DNA from: Oculina patagonica
Lineage: Eukaryota
Direction of reading: 5' to 3'
Assembly (NCBI RefSeq): GCF_052425735.1
Contig: NC_135760.1
Location: 8,246,001 to 8,310,000, forward strand
DNA: 64,000 nt
Shown: positions 52,901 to 64,000 of the stretch, one piece after another
Layout: each line of letters begins with the position of its first letter
Position numbering within the stretch: position 1 is the first letter of the stretch
Position numbers and translations under genes: made by a program
The notes under the pieces: generated by a model
What the model was told of the DNA's origin: nothing
The model's input: only the letters and a program-made list of their open reading frames with translations
Databases searched by the model: none

Positions 52901-55649
52901 TAGATTAACAGTACCACACAAAAGTAATGCTATTAAAAATGTTTATTTGAATGGTCATATATTACGTTTTTTCATCCACAGGCTGAAATAAAAAATTCGA
53001 ACCGCCTCGTAAAGCATAGTTAACAGTACCACATGAAAGCACTGCTCATTATCTTTCATTTGAATGGTCATACACTAGGGTTTCAAGCACAGACATTAAG
53101 ATGACACCACTTTTCGTGACACAAGCGTTGACTCTGGTAGTGAATCGGTTCGCAGTCATGTTATATATTGCTTTCTTTTTCTAGAGCCTGTTGAAGTAAA
53201 AATCGTTCCCCGAAGTCAAGTAACACTGTACGAATTTGATGCACCAGTCCGCGTAAACTGCTCTGCACGAGGCGTGCCTCCGCCAAATATCACGTGGTAC
53301 AAAGATGGCGTTGCCATGCCAACGAGGACAATCATCATCGGTGATGAAGTTATTGCAGAATTAAACCTGGAACGGCTGCGACCTGACGAGCAGGGAGACT
53401 ACAAGTGCGTGGGAACAACTGCTGTGAGAAGCGAGCCGTTCTCATACACAACTAAGATTCGTGAGTACAGGCAATTAGGTTAATAGTATACTCTGGGTAG
53501 AAAAAGTTTTAACGAGCCTACAGTGGCTCGCAACTGTCAGATCTTATCTCGGTTCTCCATAGCATTAAGCAACTAGGAGTGTCGCTACTCTCCCCTGGAT
53601 GGGATGCTTGTCCATTGCAGGTTACCCCAAGGCTAATCTCCTTAGAAACTCTCGAGTACCCATTTATACACGTGGGTGAAGAGAGGTACTGTAAGAGGTC
53701 TTGCCCAAGAACACAACACAGTGACTCTGGTGAGGAAACCGGCCGCTGGATCAGGTGGCCCCCTGGCGTCCAACGGCGTATAACCGTTAGGCCATCGCTT
53801 CTTTTTGTTTTTTGTCCCCCCCACTTATAATCTTGATACCAGGGCGTTTTTTTTTTTCTGCCAGTGTAATCAATTTAATATTATATTCGAAGATTTTTTC
53901 ATCCAGTTCATGTGCCTGTCTTCACTCTTCTTATACCCATTTTATCTTGACATCAAGACCATATCCCAGCAGCTGGAAACGACTTGAAACTAAACAAGGA
54001 GTAATCATAAGATTAAGTAAATACATTCAAATGGCCTTTTCGGTGCTTGCAGGTTGCTGAATGTCAGTTAATAAGGAAAAAGCCTTTTCTAATTGTTAAT
54101 GGACCTATAGTTTTTATTAGAAAGCTAAGTGAAGATAGGAACCCGATGGCAGATAAGGTGCTTTTTTTGACGGTGGGCCGGGCGGGGGGGTTTTGTTTTG
54201 TTTGTTTGTTTGTTTGTTTAAAGAAACTACTTCATGGTTGGAGCATGTTTTGGGTTTTGTTTCGTTTGATCTACCCCCCCCCCCCCCCCCTTTACAAGCT
54301 CATCGATCGCAATCGGTCTCAATCTTTTCCTGTTTTAACCATAATTGTTGTTTTTTATTATTATTTTTTCGTGGTGTTTTTCCACCCTAGTTAACCTTTT
54401 TTAGGTTTCTGTGCGTTAACAGGTAAACTCGTGATGTGCCCTTGAAATTCTTATCTTTCCAGAGCTCTTAAAGTGTCGTGAACTGGCAGATCCTGTAGAC
54501 GGGTATAAGGTAACTGACGGTTATAATGTGGTGGGAAGTATCGTCAGGTTTACATGTAATCCCGGATGTATGTTGTATGGATCTTCAGCGAGAGTCTGTG
54601 GAAAAGACGGAAAATGGAGCGGAACGCAACCCTATTGTAAGTAATAAGAGAAAACTGTTATTCTATAGCGTAATTTTCTTAAGCTAACTCCTCTCTCTAG
54701 TGCCATATTTTTTACAACAAATACATGGTATCGCTAACACTGACACACTAACGCTTTTGACAAAGCTTGTGCAACCAAGGGTAGGTAAGGTAAAGGTCAA
54801 GTCTGCGTCGAGCCTAGTGGCCCATACAGGCCGGAGCTTATCCTGGTTTCTATAGCATGAAGCGACTACTTCTACTTCCCGCTGGATGGGATGCTAGTCC
54901 ATCACAGGGTTACCCCCCCCCCCCCCACCCCACCATCAGCGCGCCGGTACCCATTTATACACCTGAGTGGGATAGAGGCACTATGAGAATACAATGACCC
55001 TGGCCAGACTCTAATCCGGACCGCTCGATCCGGAGTCAAGCGCGCTAACCATAAGGCCACCGCGCCTCCCAGTCAACTTAGGATGGAATGGTCAGAAATT
55101 GCGCAGATATCAAGCGAATGCTCAATGAAAGAGCCATGATAGGAGAGCAACCTTCCATCCAATCTAATTTCGTGTCATTCACGTTAAATTTGAAACATTA
55201 AACGCTACAAATTAACTATGACTTTTCCTTTCGTAGGTTACAATGTTGGAATTGTTGCTTATGAGTGCCAACATTACCGCCTCCTCACGGAACACGACAG
55301 AAATTCCAACAGCAGGCAACTGCTCGGCAAATGTGACAAAAATTTGGCGGAGGGCTGGTACCGAATTTCCGGCGCCGCTGGGGTTCAGATGCCCATCGCG
55401 TGCCCAGGCCCCGGCAGATGTAACACGCAATATCCCGGCTGGCTGTTCGGCTCACATCCCCATAAGGATGATGGGTGTGTCGAGCGGATGGTTTGTTTTG
55501 GTGATTATGTGTCCGGCTGCTGTGAGCACCGCCGGAAAGTACTGGTGCGAAATTGTGGCAAATTCTACGTGTACAAGCTCGGTCCAACTCCCGGATGTAA
55601 CTTTCGTTACTGCGGAAGAGATGCGCCGAGCAACATGGATGGATGGTGA
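29769..55649 (+). CDS. Type II membrane (probably shed) collagen-Ig-Sushi-D8C protein with a tandem-exon stalk; about 910 aa without the array, about 2100 aa with all intact array exons
   Basis: Exons: 29769-30371, 30953-30983, 31696-31776, 32392-32475, 33118-33234, (34445-34459), array 34566-44056, 45087-45152, 47971-48315, 49457-49708, 51912-52187, 53185-53460, 54463-54636, 55237-55649. Non-array exons sum to 2733 nt in frame. [26 protein letters not shown]; SRKVR; Gly-X-Y x27; three Ig folds; CCP; D8C. Confidence 0.88.
30045..30300 (+). repeat. 75-bp (25-aa) coding tandem repeat, about 3.4 copies
   Basis: [22 protein letters not shown](A/H)G-type units: acidic, His-containing, one NAT sequon each. 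Confidence 0.9.
31046..31385. mobile_element. Kolobok-like element, eroded right end
   Basis: TTAA-aggagctacgtcacgg..., colinear with 49735-50117. Confidence 0.7.
31482..31663. mobile_element. MITE with AATAGGCCATTTCCG TIRs
   Basis: aataggccatttccga / tcggaaatggcctatt; a second copy at 37066-37254. Confidence 0.85.
31959..32094. mobile_element. Short palindromic MITE
   Basis: ttaagcctggttctcatattatcg...cgatcatatgagaaccagccttaa, about 45-bp inverted arms. Confidence 0.75.
33800..34335 (+). repeat. TGCATG-rich minisatellite (66-bp unit) upstream of the exon array
   Basis: gttacataaattgcatgaa recurs at 34069, 34135, 34201 and 34267. About 21 TGCATG against about 1 CATGCA by hand count. Confidence 0.9.
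37066..37254. mobile_element. MITE with AATAGGCCATTTCCG TIRs inside an array intron
   Basis: Same TIRs and internal sequence as 31482-31663. Confidence 0.85.
41597..41684. mobile_element. 88-bp hairpin MITE with 9-bp TSD
   Basis: tagtctgaaattcagccgtcctctcg / cgagaggacggctgaatttcagacta flanked by ATTATTACG on both sides. Similar small TSD-flanked hairpins occur at 34679-34829, 38513-38591 and 47576-47708. Confidence 0.88.
43342..43723. mobile_element. Kolobok-like non-autonomous element, complete
   Basis: TTAA-agggactgtgtcacgg...ccgtgacacagtccct-TTAA: 16-bp perfect TIR with TTAA TSD. Confidence 0.88.
44370..45062 (+). repeat. TGCATG-rich minisatellite (~132-146-bp unit, 5 copies) downstream of the exon array
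   Basis: atctggc(t/c)tt recurs near 44392, 44524, 44670, 44810 and 44947. About 39 TGCATG against about 2 CATGCA by hand count. Confidence 0.9.
46020..46440. repeat. ~200-bp tandem duplication
   Basis: tttcttatcagagtctgagaaaatga...ttcagtggaattcagcggaacttcaaaatgtgttttcgatgtgtggtgttgttagaaaagattt appears twice. Confidence 0.85.
46531..47034. mobile_element. tRNA-containing retroelement with ~60-bp direct terminal repeats and TSD
   Basis: ttcttta(c/t)tccaattgct(g/t)aaattggaaattcactgcgac(a/g)atcatttatcactctca at both ends. Internal A/B boxes at 46896-46950. CTTCTATATCC is duplicated on the flanks. Confidence 0.75.
46592..46774. mobile_element. hAT-like MITE nested in the retroelement, 8-bp TSD
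   Basis: tagcctgcgaacaggctcccgagtgggg / ccccactcgggagcctgttcgcaggcta, flanked by TCTCATAT on both sides. Confidence 0.88.
47971..48315 (+). CDS. Collagen exon (27 uninterrupted Gly-X-Y triplets) of the 29769-55649 gene
   Basis: [21 protein letters not shown]...GPPGRPGTA; AG at 47969-47970, GT at 48316. The ORF track shows only other frames and the antisense shadow. Confidence 0.95.
48556..49080. mobile_element. PIF/Harbinger-like MITE with TAA TSD
   Basis: TAA-gggcctgtttacatgattccggaatgactttcattccggaa...ttccggaatgaaagtcattccggaatcatgtaaacagaccc-TAA. Confidence 0.88.
49146..49390. mobile_element. Harbinger-like palindromic MITE
   Basis: aggcccgtttacacaggcgatttt / aaaattgcctgtgtaaacgggcct with long inverted arms. 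Confidence 0.8.
49457..53460 (+). CDS. Three I-set-like Ig domain exons (49457-49708, 51912-52187, 53185-53460)
   Basis: [15 protein letters not shown]...DTGNWTC; [15 protein letters not shown]...DEDIYMC; [15 protein letters not shown]...EQGDYKC. All are phase 1-1. Confidence 0.93.
49735..50117. mobile_element. Kolobok-like element, complete
   Basis: TTAA-agggactatgtcacgga...tccgtgacatactccct-TTAA. Another related copy lies at 52361-52695. Confidence 0.85.
50473..50892. mobile_element. MITE with inverted termini
   Basis: ggtcatgctacacgaaacaattttt / aaaattgtctcgtgtagcatggcc. Another degenerate MITE lies at about 50121-50343. Confidence 0.7.
51025..51480 (-). mobile_element. Penelope-like element 3' fragment (GIY-YIG endonuclease plus hammerhead-like core)
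   Basis: [18 protein letters not shown]...SLLAKHH, then a frameshift into LEAWHS...AINEH. Downstream on the same strand: CTGAAAA-aggcaacagtagttggcc-GAAACGTC (51089-51057). Confidence 0.8.
54463..54636 (+). CDS. Sushi/CCP domain exon
   Basis: [12 protein letters not shown]...[35 protein letters not shown], with the last Cys codon split across the intron. Confidence 0.92.
55237..55649 (+). CDS. Terminal exon: uromodulin/GP2/OIT3-like D8C domain
   Basis: CQHYRLL...[21 protein letters not shown]...[14 protein letters not shown]...VCF...CC...[12 protein letters not shown]...CNFRYC, then the stop codon. Confidence 0.9.
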
Positions 55650-58600
55650 ACTGGGAACTAAAATTTGAACCGTGTATGAATATCGTTATCTTAACTTTAT
55701 ATTTTGGCTTATTTTATTTCCTTTAGTATTTTATTTCCTTGCAGACACAATTTCTTGGGTATTAGTATTAGCATAGGCAGTCAGTGTTGGGGTGTTTTTC
55801 GTAGAATTAGTTTACTACTCTCAGAACACTTAAACAATTATTTTCAGGAAAAAAGATTTTCCACAAAATAAATATATTATATTTTTTAAATAAATTTAAA
55901 CATTAATTTACCTTGATTGCAGGTCAACCTTTCTTTCCAAAATCTGTCCATAGGGTGATCCTCGCATCATTTCCTTATTAGCAGAAATAATCGGAAAAAT
56001 TGCACTTGGCAAATTTAAAGTTTATAAACGTACTTAAGACTGTGAAATTAAGTTTATTCGACTAGTATGCGAGAAATAAGGGGTACTGTATATTGAACGC
56101 CTGGAGGAGATGTTATCCCTAAAGTTAATTTTACCGGTCATTTGTATGGTTGAGTGAATGCATTTTCTAAAACGTTTTAAAAGCATTTTCTCATATTTTT
56201 TTCAAAATAATATCGCAATTTCTATTTGTTTTCTTGTACTAGCATCACAAGAAAGGGCCTATTTTAACTCTTCCCGTCCCTCTCCTCCCCCCCCCCCTTC
56301 CCCAAGAGCACCCTCTGGAGGCGCCCCTTCATGTTACGGAAGTATCAGCAAACGGCGCAAAAATCAAGAAAATAATATTTCGAGAAACAGAGACGAGGAA
56401 GGATGACTCTTATACAAATGACAACAACTAAATAATGCTGAGAGTATCTTTGACATGTTTATTATAATCTTGAAATTTTTGCGTAAGCTTTAGGAAATAA
56501 TTGATATATTGAAAAGAAAAGCAAAGAAAAGGATGCCACCTAAACTAATGACTACCCCTGGTCACTAATGACTCACTAATCTACAGTTTCTGTCAGTTCA
56601 TTTGTAATAAGTTGCTCTCTAAATACTCAAGAAACAAAACTGCTGAAGGTCCAAACGTATGAGGAAGTGAATGTAGTTTGTGCAGATCGAATTTCATCTC
56701 GGCTACTAGGTCTTTATTGCACTGTTATTAACTGATAAAAAAAGTTCACAAGGTCAGTTCTTCTGATCGAAATATGGCTGCGAGTTCCGTTTCCACAAAA
56801 CTCTCGGCCATTGTCGTTCCAGTTCTTCAATGCATTTGTAGTTCTCTCATTAGGGACTCCCTCCTACAAAGGTACGTATAATGGTTTTGATATTTTAGTC
56901 TGTATAGCCGAAAGGTGGTGACGTGTTCCTTATCGCTGATCTGTGCCACCAGGCAGCAGAAATTGTTTCCCAGAACTGGAAATACCGTTTTGAGTCTTTT
57001 ACCGCGCCCTCTAAGCGTGATTTATCAAACAACCTAGGACAGCCACGTCTGTCTAAATTACACTACCACCCTCCGCGCTCAATTATTTTGGGGTATAAAG
57101 GATGGACTAACATCCCATCTCACGCGGGGGAGGGGGGGGGGGGTAGAAATACTCCTAGTCGCTAAATGTTACGGTGACCGGGATAAGCTTGACGGATGGC
57201 CACCAGGCCCGAACGCAGGCACCTACCTCTATACTTGTACTTGACTATCCTGGGATTTTAGGGCACTCTCCTATTTTTTTGCGCAAAATGAAAAATAATC
57301 TCGAGGCAAGCCTTGAAGGGCTGCTAGGGCAGCTCAGCTATGCTGTTTGGAATTTAGACTCGCTTGGATTTTGATATACGAAATAGACAGTTACATGCAT
57401 GTCGGGAAGACGTTTCGTTTACCTCCTTTTACGTCAGGCGGTTATTACTCCGAGAAATATAAAATTATCGCAACGCGTAATCAGCGCGCGTAATGCTGCT
57501 GTAAAAGCTACTTAGCGTATGACGTCATCATCAATTACCATGGTAACTCTGAAAGCGACAAAACATACCCTTCTTTTCACATTTTAGGGCCAAAATGCAA
57601 AAAATAATACATTGTAAAAGTCGCATTTTTTATTTTATTTTTCATTTTTCTATTATTTTTTCCAACTTTGACCAAACAGATTTAGATTCTTCTCATGGAG
57701 ACACTTAAGAATGTTCTGCCACGTTATTGGAACAGAAATGTAACAGAAGTTGTTTGTCAGAATAAGTGGCTTAGCTTTAGAAAGTCAAGAGATTTTTACA
57801 GTTGGCTCAATATTCATTTAGTCACGTCACATAAGGGGATACAGTCCTCAAATGAACTCTCAATATTGCGCCGAAACCACTGTTATTTATTGGCACTTAG
57901 TTCTAACAATTTCGGGAAACCACAGAGCCGATTTCAAGATCATCCTCCGTAAAAAGTGAAGGACTGTTTTTAATCCATATTATTTAATTTTTCATGAGAC
58001 AACTTTTAAGCAACATTCAGATGCGGCAACAGTATGTTACATGAGTCGATTTTTAACGCAACGTTGAAAATAATTCGTAAAACAATGTTGCAAGTTTTTG
58101 AAAGCAGTTCAAAAACCTACAACATGGATGTTGCCACAACAAAACTTGGTTGTGTATACGATATCGATTTTTAACGCGAAAATGCGCAAAAGTCGTCTCG
58201 TGTAACATCACCTTTTGTCCATTAAAATCAAAACACTACACCTTTCTTGAAAACGTCCACAACTCAAGGTTTCTAACACTCGACTCATTCGCTGTTTGTA
58301 ATCCGCTCCCTTATTCACTCAATCGTTCGACGTTCGCGCTCGTTGTGTTATTTGTTCGTTCGTTCATTCGTCATTTCGTTTGTTTGTTCATACATAGGGC
58401 ACGTCACGTGATAAGGAAGTGAAAAACTTACGCCGTCACTGTTATATTTAAAATTGACTGTAATAGCCTGCGTGCACCCTTATTTAAGATAGCTTGCCTT
58501 GAGGCTATTGAATTGATAGGTACACTGCAGCGATTGACTTGTCAAGTTCAAAGAACTTTTTAAAGCCTTTACATCATGCAGACGAAACAAACACTCTAGC

Positions 58601-61383
58601 ATGGACAGCTAGACAATTCACTTTCAGATTTCATTGTTTCCAGTGGAACGAAACGCGGTGTTGCTATGGATACCAAACAAAGAACGCACCATGTTTTGTT
58701 TTTGAGGAAAAACTGACGCGCGTAAAATTCCACCTGTTACGGCATTGTTTTCGCGACAGTAGTAAACAGCTTTGTCATGCCAGTTTCGTACGTGCGAAGA
58801 CGCAGATCAAACACTGTGCGTGAGAAACACGCATTAGTACACATTGAGGTTATTCTACTACGCTCATGAAAACAGCCGGAAAATCCCGAAAGTCATTCAA
58901 TTCGAGCACTGTTGTGAGCCTAGGACTTTATCATGTCGCTTTGGACGAGTTGAGCGTAATCTGGGGACTAGCGGAAAAGATGGTTAGGTATGTTGAACAG
59001 AAAGCACGTGTGATATCGAGTGACTGAGAAATTATTGACCAATTGAAGGGCAAGGGCAATTTTATTTCCTGGGTCGACATTTAGTTTTTGGCGCTCGTTT
59101 TAGGTGTTTTGCAGTGTAGCTGATTGCTTGGTGTTCTAGATAAGCTAAGCTTTAAGCTACTGGTAACAAAATATATTTACACTGAGGCTCAAAACTTAAA
59201 AAAAAAAAACCGAACGGTTTCGCGACTTAAATTGAGTCGTCATCTGGGTATTAAACGATAAGCTACTATTGATGCAAGAAAAAAATTTCAAATCAGTTAA
59301 CACCAAAATTTAAAGCAACAAAGGAGGTGTTGCTATTTGAAATAGTAAGTTGTGACGTTTTATTTTTATTTTGTGTATTTCTTGCCAAACCTGTCACGTT
59401 TAAGTTGTGTAACGATACAATGCATTTAAAAATAAAAGACATTTGCGTCAAATTTGTTATTCCACAATAAAGTAGTATTGAATTTCTTTCTCCTATTCCA
59501 GAAATTTCGAACAAAAAGGTTTGATCCGATTTTCGGTTGAACTGCGGTTGATCCATACGGAAATGAAAATCTGACTACGAGGAAATAATTTTCAGTTTTG
59601 GACACTGCGGTATTCAATTCATTGAAAAATACCTGTACTAGAACATTTCTACCATAAAAGGTCATAAAACAAGCAACTCTCTTCTCATTGTCAAAGTCAT
59701 TCAATTCTTTTTCGGTACGGTAGTTTTGATCGTGTGTGTGATTGACAGACTGACCGAAGAGCTAATAAATATGCGCATAAATTATAGCAGTTGCCAAAAT
59801 ATTGACACTGCTTTCCACTTGGGATTAGCAAATCATAACTTCCTATTACGACAATATAATTAGCTTAGAATCAGTGAATCGTGGCTTTAGCGTACTTCGT
59901 TGAAAAGCGCTGCAACAAGTGTTACAAGAAGGGAGATTTTGGCGTAATTCGAGTTGCGCTGTGGACAATTTCATGCGAGCGATCAATGGCATAATTTATG
60001 AGTGATTCGCACTACTGGGTGATGAACCCGGTGGGACTACAATTTCAAAATATTATTATTCACAGAGATTAACTAATCTGAGCACCGCACTCAAGACTAG
60101 GATGTGACATTGTAAAAGTGCTCGAAGATACAGGCCAACATGTCCTCTGGCAATCATAGGATTTTGCAAGTCTTTCGTCGCGCCGCAAAGAAAGCCAAGA
60201 ATTTCCGACTCTTTACCAAAAGGTGGGTGATTTTGCCTGGTTGTACATGTTTGTGAATATCAAGTAGATCTGCGCGAAGCTCGAATTGTTGTCCGCTGTA
60301 AACACGTCTTAGCGAAACTGTTTTGATTTCCCTGCACTTGAAGGTATTGCAGACCGCAATCAGAGCGTGCCTCTGAAAACATTTCTTCGCTACATTTACG
60401 ATCGGACGCGTAAACACGCTATTAGGGGTCTCTCGTGCTTTGAAAATAGCGAGCGATTCAGCTGAATAAGGACAAAAGAGAACCGCTGGATTTAAACTCT
60501 CGCTTTGAAAAACAAAGCTAAAGATCAAACGTGGCATGTAGAAAGTTGAAAAATTTCCTTTTATAGTCAAGGGATTAATTTTGATTGCATTGCTAGAAAG
60601 AATTGTCTTTTTGTCATGTGAAAATTGGTTCATTTCCTTGGCCGGCTATACAAGACCTTGCTCGGGTGATTACAGGTTTATTTCCTTTGTTTTGGTTTGT
60701 TTATATCGAGCAGTGATTTATGATCGAAAGCTACGATTTATATCTGATTTTGCATAACAAGCATAACATCAGATCGATAGATGTAACACCCAAACTTGAA
60801 AGAACCTCGATCAGTATCTATAGCTCGGTATTTCACGATCGGGCAAATTCGCGATATAAAGGGTCAAAGAATTGTGCAATTGAGCATCGAAAAGGTCACC
60901 AAATGTTTTATCGCACAACATGTTGTATAATTTTCAAAGGGCTGCTTTGTATTGTACAAAAACCGCGTAACGAAATTTCATCAAAGGAATGGTCTTTAGA
61001 ACAATTTTATCCCATTAAATTAAATAGTTCGCGCGCGTTTTGTCGCGCGAGCCTCGAGGGTGACCTTGGCGGAAATGAACAAGTAAAAAGTTCGAAATCG
61101 CGCAACAAATTGCATTCAAATGGATTGCCATTGCTAGGTTATTTTTAGTTTGTTCACTTTGATATTACACACAGATTTGAAGTGATTTTTACAAGGCATA
61201 AAATATATCCTGCTTCAATGAGGTACAATGGCGTCAAAAGCGTCACTACACCAATAGATTCGCACGTAGTATTGACATTTGTCAGTAAATGTTTTTTCAC
61301 TTTTCAGTTTTTGTTTACCTTTCTGACAAAAGATTGCTTCCTGACATAATTAAAAGTTTTCCGGTATCTCGTATTAAGGTTAA

Positions 61384-61860
61384 CTACCAAAATTGCATAA
61401 CAACACATTGATTATAATAATTTAATGATGGAATTTGTCACGCAAGAAAATTATTAAAACAGGTTCTCCAACTAATCTCCTAAGGTAACGAGCAAAATCG
61501 TTGTACAAACAACCTTTCACATTTAATAAGACATTGATGCCATTCAGAGGTAAATCGAATATTTTTATTTACTTTCAGTCTGTTGTATTTATCAGGTGTA
61601 CAGATCTAATAGACTGTAAAGTTTTTAAAAACGCCTCATTATAGGTTCTTTTTCCTTGGGTGCCAGCGAGTCTTTTCCGTGATATGTTAGACTATATTCA
61701 CAGCCCTCAGTTTTCTCGTATTTTTTCGATCGCTGAACTACTAAAATTGCATAACAACACATTGATTATAATAATTTAATGATGAAATTTGTCACGCAAG
61801 AAAACTATTAAAAAACTTTATTACCCGTGATATGTTAGACTATATTCACAGCTCTCATAT
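61384..61860. repeat. Interleaved short direct duplications
   Basis: ctac(c/t)aaaattgcataacaacacattgattataataatttaatgatg...cacgcaagaaaa at 61384 and 61738; cgtgatatgttagactatattcacagc at 61678 and 61826. Confidence 0.75.
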
Positions 61861-64000
61861 CAGTTTTCTCTTTTCTTCGATCACTGAACGCGGGAAAAGA
61901 ATCACCAAAGAACTGGACGCGCGCGCAAAACGGGAGGCGCGAGGGATAGAGAAACTCGGTGAATAGTCTATGATATGCGCGGGCGCCGCTTTCCCGAACG
62001 AAAACTAGAACCTCTGCCCCCGGGTAATTAGTACTTAAAGAAGATAAAAGAAACATTCTTTACTAAAAGAAGCGCACTCAAAGAAACATACAGAAAAGTT
62101 AGTTCCGTGGTTCTCCCGTTCTTCTGCCTGCGTCGCAGCGGGACGTGTCACACCCTCCATACTTCATTACTTCAACCGCGCGAGGAAAGCCTGGTACCCA
62201 AGGAACTCCGGTAAAAAAAAATATGTTGAAGTCAAGGTCTTCGATTTAAAACGATCAGTGCTTGACCTGAACAATTGTTCGCATTCATATCATAGCTATT
62301 AAAAATATATTTACTTCTTTAATTGCTCATTGCGCAATCATCGTGCGTAGCGGAATGATGTTTTGATGTTTTAACATCATTCCGCTACGCACGATGAATG
62401 CGAAATAAGAAAAAAAAAAAAAAATATTTTTTAAAAAAAAAAAAAAATGCGCAATGCCCGTACACTGTATTGGTGGTGAGCGACCAGGCACGTCTACCGC
62501 GCGACCGTACGAACATGTTATTTTTTGTGAGTATATTGCGCGCTGATTTTGAAACACTACCGGTAAGGTAGAGCGCGCAAAACGATTAATGGAATTCAAA
62601 CAATCTCACTTTTCCGGTAAAACGAATATCACAACCGCGGGCATTAAAATGAGCGGATGGTTTTCCGTTAATTGGCGACATTAGAACTACAAAATGAGAG
62701 GAGAAGGAAGTAGCTAAATGGAAGAACAACTTCCGAGCGCTTGTTGGAAAGGAAATAAAATTAAAATCCAAAGATGCTTAACGCTGTTCTCGTCTTTATC
62801 CGTAAAGTAAACAGCAAGGATTTTTTAGCGTTTTTGACCAAGTTTGGATATAAAAAGCCGTAAACTAGCTATGAGCTTTTTAATTCGTCCAGTTTTTACA
62901 AAGTATAATATTTACATAGTATAAAATTTCATTTTCTGAAATTTGAAGTTTTCGGTTTCATTCCATGTGCGATTTTAATATATGGCATTTTGTATAAAGT
63001 GATTCTATTTTTAAAATCTCTTAAAATACCTTTTAAAGGTATGCGATCGGCTCTCGATCGTTTTGCACACGAAACGAAATCTAGCCTGCAGAAGTGAAGA
63101 GGTTATTTTGCCCTCCTCAAATCATCTCCAATTCAATGGACATATTTGCAATACAGTGATCTGTATTAGAAATTGCGTTACTCTTTCACGTAGGCGATAT
63201 TCGAGCTGGAACTAGAAGCTTCAATTTTTTGACATTTCAAGTACCCTCCCAGGCATTTGTCACGTGCATGAATCTTTTTGACATACTGCAAAGGAAGTGC
63301 GCAATACAGGCAACACGCTTGTAGATCTTTGATACATGAGCATACAGACAATACAACGGTTTTTATTTAAAAACAATGAAAATATGCACATTTTTTTTTT
63401 CTTTTTCTCTTGTCACTTGCGGTTGAACCATCTTTTTCGATCCCTTAAATTCCTGTCGTCTGAGATTAGCGCGTGGGCATTGTTCGATGACAAGGTCATG
63501 TCACGCCGACTTCCGGTGGGCGAATTCATTCAAGCGTACTGTTCGCCGGTTCGAAGTAGTCCTCTTGTCACTGGCAATTCTTATTCATAAATGACAGGAA
63601 AGGCATCATGCGGCACCTAACTTTACTCACCAGGACGTTCAACGATTTATTGTTTTGGTAAGGTATAAATAACGCTTAAAATAACTAAAATTGCCTCAAA
63701 AACGAGGAATCTTTAGCGGGAACGAGGCTTGACAACAATGCCCATGCGCAGTAGCTGCCAAATCTTTATTTTTGTCTTTGGGATAAGGATGGGCCGATAC
63801 TGGTTTTTCAAAACGATACGATATCGATACGATATTTGCCTTTTTTCTCGATATCGATCTCGATCTCGATATTATGACGTCATTTCCATCCTGATGTCAT
63901 TGGTTTGTCACGTGACCATACAAAGGACAGACCTGGCATTATAAATGTTAGCCAAGAATGCTGATTTTGGTCTTTTTGTTTCACTGTTGCATCAGCAATG

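Noticed and set aside
56774-56871. Possible first coding exon (MAASSVSTKLSAIVVPVLQCICSS..., donor GTACGT)
   Set aside because: No downstream exon or recognisable domain could be linked to it.
57600-64000. ORFs such as 60154..60633 and 60720..61148
   Set aside because: No recognisable motifs or consistent exon chain; treated as intergenic or intronic.

Overview
AT-rich, intron-containing animal genomic DNA. It is most likely an anthozoan cnidarian or coral; this is inferred from the repeat families and domain combinations, not proven. Four multi-exon genes can be built by hand from GT-AG splice sites. Two are tandem secreted animal heme peroxidases on the minus strand (1191-7359 and 15347-20266) with identical intron positions; the second has Ser in place of the conserved distal Gln. 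The third is BCS1L (minus, 24994-28400). The fourth lies head-to-head with BCS1L and spans 26 kb on the plus strand (29769-55649). It encodes a type II membrane protein: TM - RKVR site - acidic/His repeats - stalk - collagen (27 Gly-X-Y) - 3 Ig - Sushi - UMOD/GP2-type D8C head. The stalk is encoded by about 42 tandem, frame-symmetric (phase 1-1) 84-99 nt exons (34566-44056). The ORF track hides them because each is too short. Each encodes roughly [31 protein letters not shown]: two N-glycosylation sequons plus a short amphipathic helix. Two unrelated minisatellites bracket the array, and both are packed with sense-strand TGCATG, the Rbfox splicing element (about 21 and 39 copies by hand count). 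This is the best candidate for an undescribed system: a splice-switchable, variable-length glycan stalk on a collagen-Ig-D8C surface protein. The rest is rich in MITEs, SINE-like and Penelope-like remnants, two of them with hammerhead-like cores. I found no supportable gene in 56-64 kb.
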